A stretch of 64,000 bases of DNA, taken from Octopus vulgaris (Eukaryota). Of this stretch, positions 53,370 through 64,000 are shown piece by piece (within the stretch, counting starts at the first letter, position 1; every line of letters starts with the position of its first letter). The stretch spans positions 67,580,001 to 67,644,000 of the forward strand of contig OX597832.1 in the NCBI GenBank assembly GCA_951406725.2, written 5' to 3'. Below the pieces are notes generated by a model. It searched no databases. It had not been told where the DNA came from and saw only the letters and a list, made by a program, of their open reading frames with translations. A program made the position numbers and the translations under genes.

Positions 53370-53681
53370 AGTATGGGATTGCACCTAGAAAGTTCCCCCC
53401 AAAGCACAAGTCCGGGCAAGGTTGTTTATGGAAGACCAGCAGTCACCCATGCATACCGGCCTCCCCTCTCCACGTCACTGATGTTATCCAAGGGAAAGGC
53501 AAAGGATGATACAGCTTGGCACCTGTGACGTCGCAACTCATTTCTACAGCTGCGTGAACTGGAGCAACATGAAATAAAGTGTCTTCCTCAAAAATACAAC
53601 AAGTAGCCCGGTTCGGGATTCGAACTCACAACATCGCGATAGTAAGCTCGATGCTCAAACCAATGAGCAACGCGCCTTCAC
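53370..53681 (-). mobile_element. tRNA-derived SINE (CORE-like)
   Basis: Same family as 18380-18661. B-box gagttcgaatccc. Confidence 0.82.
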
Positions 53682-53732
53682 ATATGATCTCTCTCTCTCT
53701 CTCTCACACACACATACAAACACATATATATA

Positions 53733-54098
53733 CGCGCAGGAGTAGGTGTTTAGTAAGAAGGTCGTTTCCCAACCACATGTTTCCAGGTTCAGTCCCACTG
53801 CATGGTAACTTCGGCAAGTGTTTTCTACTATAGCTTCAGGCCAACAAAAGCCATATGAGTGGATTTGGTTGACTGAAACTGAAAGAAGCCCGTCGTATAT
53901 ATTTGTGTTTGTGAGCTTGTCCCCCACCATCGCTTACAACCGATGTTGGTGCGTTTAATCCCCGTAACTTAGTTGTTCGGCAAAAGTGACCGATGCAATT
54001 GGTATTAGGGTTACGAAGAATAGATCCTGGGGTCGATTTGTTCGCTTAAGGCGGTGCTCCAGCATGACCGCAGTCAAATGACTAAAACAGGTAAAAGA
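53733..54098 (+). mobile_element. Family-B SINE, full length
   Basis: cgcgcaggagt...ggttcagtcccactgc...ggcggtgctccagcatgaccgcagtcaaatgac. Confidence 0.85.
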
Positions 54099-54119
54099 AT
54101 GTGTGTGTGTTTTTGTGTG

Positions 54120-54275
54120 AGTGTGCGTGTGGCTGTGTGGTAAGAAGTTTGCTTGGCGCAGGCGTGACTTTCCGGTAGGAAACTTGATTCTCAACCGCAT
54201 GGTTCCGCGTTGCCACTGGTTGACAACTTTGGTAAGTGTCCTGCACTATATCCTTGTGAGTGGATTTGGTAGAGA
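54120..54275 (+). mobile_element. Family-B SINE 5' fragment
   Basis: gtggctgtgtggtaagaagtttgct...ccttgtgagtggatttggtag. Confidence 0.6.
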
Positions 54276-54324
54276 ATGGACAACACATCAGAAAGTGATA
54301 TGTGCTGAATTTGTTAACAAAATT

Positions 54325-54915
54325 GTAAAACCGTATGGCATAATACCAGTACGCCACTATACCACAAAGAATATAAGAGATGTCATGACAATATAGCAAA
54401 GATTGCCCATTGGGCACTTTGCATCAATTATGGACTTTACAGAAGAAAAATGTGGTAATAACCTGAAGGCATCGAAAGTGATAATGCACAGATCTTATGG
54501 GATTTTATGATTCAGTGCGACCAAAAGATAGAGAATGGGAACCAGACACAAATGTTGAGAATGAAAGCAAATAATGCTGGATCATAGATATAGCACGCCC
54601 AGCTAACCACAAGGTATGCGATAAGGAAGAAAGAAAAGTTGTGATATATGACAGGTTAGCTTGGGAGGTTAAGCAGCTGTGGTAGTAGTAACAATAATTG
54701 TCGAAGACCTGAGAATAGTGAGTAAACATCTTGAGAACTACATGAAACAAATAGGGGCTGCAATAAGGTTGGAGCACTTGCAGAAAACACCACTGCTTGG
54801 AACCGCTCGAATACCCCGGAAGGTGCTCGAAAGATAAGGGGTGTTACCTTAGTTCACTGGTAGTGAACAGCTAACACCGTAGTACATCTCCAGCGTTAGA
54901 AGCTCTAGAAAGACA
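54325..54915 (+). mobile_element. R4/Dong-like RLE 3' fragment (decayed), (TAA)n tail
   Basis: YKRCHDNIAKIAHWALC, ILWDFMIQCD, IIDIA, LQKTPLLGTARIPRKVL. Confidence 0.8.
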
Positions 54916-54954
54916 ATAATAATAATAATAATAATAATAATAATTATAATTATA

Positions 54955-55044
<90 letters not shown>
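54916..55044. repeat. (TAA)n/(TTA)n microsatellite that switches strand
   Basis: Seen directly. Confidence 0.95.
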
Positions 55045-55047
<3 letters not shown>

Positions 55048-55735
55048 TAGTTTTATTTTTATAACGTGCTTTCACTTCACTACCGAGCGCAGCTCTGTGT
55101 GCCTTGGGTATGTGCTGTGATTTGTTGTGGTGCTCTGATGGTTACTGTATTGAAAGTGTTCTGCGTAGGATGTGTGCAGTGCCTAGTAGTGCACTTTTCT
55201 GTATGTTTTATGTGTTTGTAAGTCCTGGTGTTTTTGTTATGTATTTGCCTGAATATTTTTTTATCATGCCTAATGCACCTAATATGATAGGAATTGTTTC
55301 TGTTTTTAGATTCCACAGTCTAGTTACCTCTATTTCCAGGTCTTTGTATTTTGAAAGTTTCTCCATTTCTTTTAGAGAAACGTTGTCATCTGCTGGTATT
55401 GATACATCAATTAGAAAGCAGTTTTTTTCTTCATGATCTCTGACAACTATATCTGGTTTGTTGGCCTTAATTTCTCTATCTGTGTGTATTGGCATATCCC
55501 AGAGTATGGTTGCTTTCTCGTTTTCTGTGACCTTTGCTGGTGTGTGCCTATACCATCTTTTTTCTCGTGTTATTCCATAATGTTGGCATAGCTTCCAGTG
55601 TATGTAGGTCTCAACTCTGTCGTGTCTGTGAATATATTCCTTCTTAGCTAGGACTGGGTAGTCAGAGATAATATGATTTATTGTTTCTTGTCCATCTCCA
55701 CATATTCTGCTGTTCCTTGTTATATTTCTTTTCAT
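55045..55735 (-). mobile_element. R4/Dong-like RLE 3' fragment, comparatively young
   Basis: 175-aa ORF: RICGDGQETINH..RHD..ILWD..KPDIVV..LIDVS..EKLSKY (PD-(D/E)xK RLE). The 3' end is aaaactactg(aat)n. Confidence 0.9.
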
Positions 55736-55744
55736 TACGTGGTT

Positions 55745-55977
55745 TGAGGTCCATGTAATCGACTGATCCTCTTCGACTGATCCTCTTCACTAAATTTCAG
55801 GCCTTGTTCAGAAAGTATAACAACAACAACAACAACAACAATAATAATAATTACCAAAATAATAGAAATTATTCTATTATTTTGGTAATTATTATTATTG
55901 TTGTTGTTGTTGTTGTTATACTTTCTGAACAAGGGCTGAAATTTAGTGAAGAGGATCAGTCGATTACATGGACCTCA
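55745..55977. repeat. Near-perfect ~233-bp palindrome
   Basis: Arms 55745-55867 and 55872-55977 around a 4-nt centre. Confidence 0.92.
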
Positions 55978-56122
55978 GTGTTATATTGGTACTTAATTTA
56001 TCGACCACGAAAAGATGAAAGGCGAAGTCGACCTTGGCAGAATTTATACGGGGAACGTATAGACGGGCGAAATACCGCTATGCATTCCGTCCAGCTTACT
56101 AACGATCCTGCCAACTCGCTAA
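55920..56122 (-). mobile_element. Family-A SINE
   Basis: ggtacttaatttatcgaccacgaaagatgaaaggcgaagtcgacc...ctaacgatcctgccaactcgc. Confidence 0.78.
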
Positions 56123-56202
56123 TGAAGAAGAAGAAGAAGAAGAAGAAGAAGAAGAAGAAGAAGAAGAAGAAGAAGAAGAAGAAGAAGAAGAAGAAGAAGA
56201 AG

Positions 56203-56233
<31 letters not shown>

Positions 56234-57059
56234 CAAGTGCCTCATATTTCATCATTGGGCCGACGAGAGGATTTGGGATGTATTTGGTAGATGGAAATGA
56301 AAGTAGCCATACACACGCACACGCACACACATATGTATATATATATATGTAAGTATATATGTCTATATATATATATATAAACATATATACTTACATATAC
56401 ATACGTATATATACATATATTTATATATATGCACACACACGCACATAATGACGCTAATTATATATGTATAATATATATATATATGTATATATGAGTACAC
56501 ATGTATGTATTTATTTGTATGCATATACATCTACGTACGTATTTATAATTGTAGCATGTATAATTATGCATATAGAAGACCCCCTCCATATATATGTGTG
56601 TGTGTGTGTGTGTATATATATATACATAGAGGGAGAGAGAGGCGGGAGAGAAAGACATTGTCAGAGAGACAGATAGTTTGGCATAGACACAGAAATAAGC
56701 ATTTATATGGCACTATCTCCTCTGTATATATATATATATCCACATATACATAAACATGTATATATATATGCATACATATGTGTGTGTATGTATGTCCGTG
56801 TGTCTTTATCTGCTTGTATACAGGAATATAGATTCCTTCGTTTTTACTGTCGTGTATTGGAAACTACATTACAATTTTCTTTTTCCTCACCCACTACTTA
56901 CTGCTCCGCTGATGATCTCGGCAGGATATGACGTTGGTGTTAGTAGTTGGATGCAGTTATGCTATAGGCGGGGGTGTTGCAAATTTTTATGACTGCCCAG
57001 CTATATGGCCAACATTGTTGCGAAGCTGAGAAGCTCACCTATAATTCCATGTCATAAGC

Positions 57060-57435
57060 GCATCTTTGAACGCCTTACCTGATTTATTCCCCCACGCAAT
57101 TTTTGTGAGACTTTATGATATTTTCGTGAGATATTCAATTCTCCTAGCAGGTCGCTCGTTTTCATAAATGATCTCTTATTAGAACTGAGTGTAATTAAAT
57201 TTTTAGATGCAACGCTTATGCAGAAATTTGTTGTTTTCTGTTTCCGAGAACTCTTTGTCATTTAGCTGTTATTTCTAGCAGTTCCATCACGCTTGTTTAT
57301 GTTGTTATGTTTCCTTCTTACGCTCTCATGATTAGAGGTTTTGTCTATAGTGATGATTGTTCTTACATCTACTTTATACATTACTTTTTTTCCTATCTGA
57401 TAAATATGTTTCCTTTGATGATTTTGAACACAGGA
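57060..57435 (-). mobile_element. Penelope-like GIY-YIG region fossil
   Basis: Weak similarity only: PVQN...NVMYKV, and NFCIS...SNKRS...KYH (cf. CxLC..EK..N..C.H). Confidence 0.35.
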
Positions 57436-57486
57436 AGTTATTAGTAATTTATCTCTAAAAATATTCTTTCCAAATCCTCGAAGGTT

Positions 57487-57622
<136 letters not shown>

Positions 57623-57649
57623 AACTCGAAAGATAGTGTTCGCTTTCAG

Positions 57650-58720
57650 AAGGACATATAACCGCTAGTAACATAGGAAACTGATAAAACAGCATGGCGG
57701 CAATTGTTCACAAAAGCCACACTCAAATCTAAATTACATTTGTGAACAAAGATAAGTCTTTTGACAAAATGCCCTGCTATGATCTCTATAGCCGCAAGCA
57801 GCAATATGTAAAACTGCATAAGTAATGATGAATAAATCACAAGGGACTTTAAAGCCATACATGAGAGTGATTAATTTTAGGTAACAGTTGGCAGTAAACT
57901 ATATAAGGATTATAAAGTCCAAATAAATGTCTATCAACGTTCTAATGTAAAGCTACTTCACATTATTCTTGGCATTAAGGTCACCACAAAGAACTTGGCA
58001 CCGAGTTCTAAAAAAGATTATTGTTAAGGATCATGTGAAGTATCATGTTAGAAATTTTGTAAAACAGAGAAATATGATTCAGTCCAAAGGTCTTGCCTGC
58101 AACGATGATAAAACCGGAGGCGTCATTTAGTTATACGATTTTCGGAAATAACCAGTAATTATTCATTTCTGGGTTACCATACATGAGGATATGATAAGAC
58201 TCAGTATTGTGAGATTATACAACTTAGCTCACTTAACTACTAAAAGTTCTATCAAAAAGCCCAGCATAGCTTACTGGAATCTTTAGAAGTAAAACTGTCT
58301 GGTTCTCTTCAGCTTTATTGTGTTTATATCGTGGCTACACGAAGGACGTTTTGTTTAGGCGTTTAATCAAACTTCTTCTCATCGTCTCTCATCTTGTAGC
58401 ATTGGAAACTGTAACATTTTGTTTCTACTGAAGCGGATCTAAATATCCTTTATTGTTGCAAGAGAAATGGCAGTTCACATATGTTCGGGAACAATCAGCA
58501 TTATGGTTAGATATGGCTACAACACAACCTCGGCAGATCACTCAGCGTCCACGTTTTTGTATTCTTAAATGAAAATCCGCTTTGTCTAAAAGGTGAGAGA
58601 AAATGTTATATGAGAATGCTTGCTTTCATCTTCGCACAATATAGATTATAGCCGATGCTATGTAAGGGAATACCAGTGATACTTAAACCCACAAGTTTAA
58701 CTATATAGATTCCATCCTAA
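57650..58720 (+). mobile_element. Ancient RTE-like LINE RT fossil
   Basis: DKSFDKMP (cf. EKAFDRVP), VTVG..YKVQINVYQRSNVKLLHII (cf. VGVHQGSVLSPLLF), QSKGLACNDDKT (cf. KGLRVN..KT). Confidence 0.65.
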
Positions 58721-60072
58721 CATTCCATAGGCATGACGGAAAATATAACACTATTCGTCTTGATTAGAAATGTCATGGTAGAGCTTTCGTTACAACCATA
58801 GTGAAAGCGAAATCAAACGCCATGCCTTGATGTTAATTTATTCGTTAATTAACTAATGAATGCATTTTAGGGAATATATGCATGTTGAATTGCTAATGCA
58901 CTAAAGACAATGTATGTACGCATGCTATAGCTTTTAATTGTTTAAACCTATCTCACCTAACGATATCTTGTTTTTATCAAAGAGATAAAAATATCAGTGG
59001 AATTTATATTCGAACGAAAATACTTTAAATATTCAACGGTTTTCTAAAAGATTGCAAGCTTATTATTTGTTTCTATGAATATTACAGGTTTTCAAAATTG
59101 TGATTCAACCATTTGCAAACGTTTCCATATGAACGAATGTTTATTCATATAAGCGTGAATTTATATACTTGGAAATAATATGTAGGCTTAGAAGGAATTG
59201 CCTATAAATAATATGTTTTTCTCAATGATTTTAAAATACATTTTAACATCAGCAGGACAGCCGCAGTTAAGCAATATACGTTTGTACCTATTGTATCGTG
59301 CCTTAAACAACTATATCAGATATGTTACAGCATAAGTTCTGATATGAATACTCCATTTATATTTCTTCTGCTGTCAAGTGTTTGTATTAAAAAAAAAGAT
59401 GTGTATGTTCTCTATTTACATTCAGATTATTGTTGTTTTATCAACATCATGGCAAAATGGAAGTTTGTATCATAGCGACATTTCTAAGCAGTCATTGATA
59501 GCATGTATAATATCTTACAAAAGAATGTGTAATCATCGACATTTTCTTGGTTTTAATTAATCACTGCTTCTTTCATTTAATATTTTCTAGTCATTGAACC
59601 ACTAATGAATTTCAACCAAGAAAAGAAAAATGTGACGTCATTAGCCTCAAAGAGTTAAATGGTTTCTGTCAATACCAGCAGCATCCTCATTAATAAAAGA
59701 AGCAGACTCGTCATTGGCAGTCTTTAGACACCATCTGTGGGAATGAGTTTTTGCAGATCTCTGATATGAAAGGAAATCGTCATCGGGAAATGAGGACATC
59801 TTGTATCGTTACAACTTGCTCATATGAGATTCATTCAACCAGTTTTACCGTTGTTCATCAACAGCTGTATGTTTTAAGTGTTTAGCATGTAGTTGTGCAT
59901 ATTTGCGCATATATGTGTGGGCGTGGCTGAGCTCGCACGCGCGTATGTGTTTGGTGAATATTCTTGCATGCAAACACAGTCATACACGTGCATTTTTATA
60001 GGCATATGTACAAGGATACATGGTTACAAACATACACACAAACACACACATACATACAACACACACAGACCC

Positions 60073-60121
<49 letters not shown>

Positions 60122-60490
60122 TGACGAACCGTCATGTTACAAGGACGGAGATAAAGAAAATCAACCATTTTATCAAGTATTACTGGAGACAAACACAGAG
60201 ACAGTAGAGACACACATGCAAATGTGTATATACGTACATACATAAACGCACACACAAATGTCTGGCTGCGTACAAAACGGAAAGTAACATTGCGCAACAG
60301 TCATTTTAACGAGTTGTACTTATTTATCACCCGACGAGATACATTTGCACCACTGGATGCTCCTGAACCAGTTGTTAAGTGTCCCACCTAAAAGGAATCG
60401 ATGCTAGATGTATGGAAGCAATTGTGATTAATAATAAATTCTCGTATACTCCATCATTTGTCTTTCATTTGCTATCACTCTCTCTCTCTC

Positions 60491-60526
<36 letters not shown>

Positions 60527-60613
60527 AACATATATGTATATGTGTATATAGATATACATGTATATATGTTTATGTATACATATGTGTATATATATATACA
60601 CACACACACACGC

Positions 60614-60651
<38 letters not shown>

Positions 60652-60652
<1 letters not shown>

Positions 60653-60952
60653 GAGGCGCAATAGCCCAATGGTTAGGGCAGCGGACTCGCGTTCGTAGGA
60701 TCGCGGGTTCGATTCCCAGACCGGGCGTTGTGAGTGTTTATTGAGCGATAACACCTAAATAGTTCCACGAGGCTCCGGCAGGGGGTGATGATCCCTGCTG
60801 TACTCTTTCACCACACTTTCTCTTACTCTTTCTTCTGTTGGCCTGCTCGCTTAACCAGCGGGGTGTCGTCATTCGAAGGCTAAAAAAAACAATGCGAACG
60901 CATTGTGACCAGCGATGTGTAACAACATCTGTTAGCCTGGTCGGTCACGTGA
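60652..60952 (+). mobile_element. tRNA(Arg)-like SINE (family C), full length
   Basis: ggaggcgcaatagcccaatggttagggcagcggactcgcg..ggttcgattccc, inserted at a (TG)/(TA) microsatellite. Confidence 0.87.
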
Positions 60953-62301
60953 TATATATATATATATATATTATGTCAGTTTTTGTAGAATTAGCGTAAG
61001 CTGCAGTTTTGAAGAGATCAGTATACATGTGTTGATATTCATATTATAAAGACTTCGGGTTTGTGTTGCAGATTCTTATTTTTACATCATCTCATACACC
61101 AACGCTACGAAGGAAACACGTCAGCAATATTAACAGGAATGTTTGAGATTTCCATGCATGGATACATGCTTCGTTCGCTAATGAGAAAATATCTATAGGT
61201 TTGATGAGCCAAAATACGTTTGGAAATGATTCACTGATGTCTTTGTAAGTAGAAGACAACCTTGAAGGGATACATTCAGATAAGAAGAAGAAAGATATTC
61301 AACTGTTTTAGAGATTGACAGAATAGTTTGGAAAATGTTCAGCATTAACATTGCTTCTCAAGTTATTATCTTCAGCTGATATTGGAGGCGGAATGAAACC
61401 TCTTACACTACCTCCTTTCATATAGCAAACACGTTATGCTTCTTGCAATTGGAGGCGTTAATATGATGCAACCCCTTAAGTAAGTGATTCTAAAGAAGGG
61501 TCTTTTATATAGTATAAATATTATTGTTCTGATTAACAATACAATACAGTTCAATCTATGCAAGGGGAGAGATGTTTGAAAGACGATAATTTCAAAACCT
61601 CAAAACATTTACTATTCCTAGATGGGATAAATTTAGACGTTGTGATATTCTCATGGATTATGTACTCAACAGTAACCTTCTTAAAAAGGCTTTTCAGATG
61701 CTGCCTTAAGAGTTACTCGAAGGGATAAAGTATTTTCTTATGTTTATAATATTTATGGGAACATATAACCGGTTTGCATACTCAATTGCAGCTGATACAG
61801 CACAATTATTGATGTTAGGTGTCTGAAGTTGTTGATCTTTCTGTACAAAAACATGAATAAACATTGTAAACCTGCTTTACATAGTTCCAGACATGACATC
61901 TATATAGAAGTTTATAACACATCCACGTCATACTTGACTGTTAATATTCTTAACCATCATAATAGTTTTAAATCCAAAATCAACTTTGTGCAACTTCTCA
62001 GCATTTGAACTGGCTCCAGTATCGAATTATAGACATTTGATGATGCTGTTCCTGGTTGCTGGGCTGAATGAAACTCGGAGATGAGAGAAGAGATTATTGT
62101 GTGGAGAGGACCTGTCTACAAGTGATACAGATGAGCCAACTTACACAAACAGAGAACATATCAGGATTAAAACAAAACAAGAGCACTCGGAGAGTGCAAA
62201 CCTCTGCCGAGCCAACGCCATCGTCCTCTCAACGATTAACCGGAGATGATTTTTAAAATGAGAATATCTCAAATAAACTCGTCTAATCTCACAAGCGAGA
62301 A

Positions 62302-62359
<58 letters not shown>

Positions 62360-62633
62360 GGGGATGAGCGGTATTGGTGTCAAGAAGACCCAAAAGGTGT
62401 TGGGTAATGCTAAGTAAGTGCTATGGATAGACTATAGTTAAGCTCCAGGTTCGATAATGTTACGAATGAGGAGTCCAACGTGGGTCATGTATAGCATGCA
62501 CACACACACACACACATATATATATATAAATATGTATGTATATATGTATGTATCTTCTATTTCCATTCTTTTACATCCCTCTGTATTTCTTATCTTCTCA
62601 ACAATAATTAATGTTGAAGCATTTTCTCGCACA

Positions 62634-62681
62634 GCCTCTGATGACGTGTTATATAAAATATCCCTGAGACAGCTGTAAGGC
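62634..62681 (+). ncRNA. Decayed minimal type-I hammerhead
   Basis: gcct-CTGATGA-stem II-GAGA (for GAAA)-cagctGTA-aggc, with palindromic stem III acagctgt. Confidence 0.6.
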
Positions 62682-62739
62682 CTTTTCTTTATAAATGATC
62701 TGAAAACTATTTACAGCCTTGGATTTTATCTCATTGTGT

Positions 62740-62859
<120 letters not shown>

Positions 62860-64000
62860 TTGGTGAAATTGATTAATTAATTTTACCCTCAATTGTTGAT
62901 ATATATATATATACATATATATACATACATATATATACACACACACACATATATATACATATACATATATATATATGTGTGTGTGTGTGTATGTGTGTGT
63001 GCGTGCAAATATATGTGTATGTGCTTGTGTGTATATATATATAATTACATCTATTCATTTATGTATTTATTATTATTATGCTTTTGAGAGCTATGTGATA
63101 TTCGTGTTTCTGTTGGCAGATGGTTGTCTAGGTCGCTGCCCACAGAGGTTGGCAGCGGATGTCGCTATGTTTGAAAATGCTACTAAATACTGAACTATTG
63201 TAACTTTAACATGATTATTTATCCTCGGAAATAGTGCTCCATAAAAAGTCTTGCTTGGTGAAGAATTAGTGGGAATGAGGAGTCTGCTAACTGGATAAAG
63301 TAATTTGGACCTGGCATCTACAGGATTGGCTACAATTTTAGATTTGTGTGGTTGGCGGTAGAATCTTCCAGAATTAATTTGCAAGAGGTGGAGTATTGTG
63401 CAACTATGTGTGGAGAAAATTCTCCAAAATATTAACTAGTATTTGCTTCTAACTTTATATCTAGAATTCCTACTCCGCTGGTATGGTTGAGTCACTCCAG
63501 AGACCTGAACCTGATCTGCAGTGTGAAAAATATGATATAAAACATGTTTTATTTAGCTTTAGTCGGACGGGACGTCAATGCGACTACTATCCAGTTTCTT
63601 GAGAGTATATTTTGTACGAAAACTCATGGACAATAAAGATATGCGTAGTTATCTTCAAGCTGGACTGTAGAAAATTTTGTCAAACTAATCTACTCAAGAC
63701 TTGAACGCTACAAATAGTTTACACCACCAAATCTCTCCGAAGACAAGTGGTAAAGGAAAAAATGGATATACTTTTGATGAAGGATTTCTCAGACTAAAAC
63801 CTAGTATTATCAAATCCAGTTTTCTGTGTGCAAAGGAATATCAGCAGTAAGTAACAATTTCGTATAATCTACATGGAAGTTAAAAGTGTATGTTTGTTAA
63901 CTGAAAATTATACCTAGCAATAGTAATTATCAGAAAACACTGTAAAATATTATGAATAAATTAATCAACCGATTAATTAATTACTTAATTGGCCGACGTT

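Noticed and set aside
60652-60725. tRNA-like sequence as a real tRNA gene
   Set aside because: The cloverleaf is imperfect and runs into a ~230-bp SINE body repeated at 50510-50796.

Overview
This window is AT-rich eukaryotic DNA packed with microsatellites. The SINE, LINE and Penelope-like repertoire suggests a coleoid cephalopod such as Octopus (inference, not verified). I found no convincing host protein-coding exon, and most track ORFs are translated microsatellites. Recognisable content: a near full-length but disabled L1/Tx1-clade LINE bounded by (GATA)n on both sides; two full-length decayed mariner elements, one nested in an older Tc1/mariner; several R4/Dong-like RLE retrotransposon fragments ending in (TAA)n; RTE, Gypsy-integrase and Penelope-like fossils; MITEs, a HINE, and about 15 tRNA-derived SINE copies. 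The most striking feature is a 738-bp non-coding element at 49173-49910. It has two ~98% identical ~248-bp direct repeats, each carrying an intact minus-strand hammerhead ribozyme with an unusually long stem II. The predicted cleavage sites are 490 nt apart, consistent with a retrozyme-like unit that could release a structured ~490-nt (circular) RNA. About eight more decayed hammerhead-like motifs and several fold-back palindromes are scattered across the window. All calls were made by eye, without database searches.
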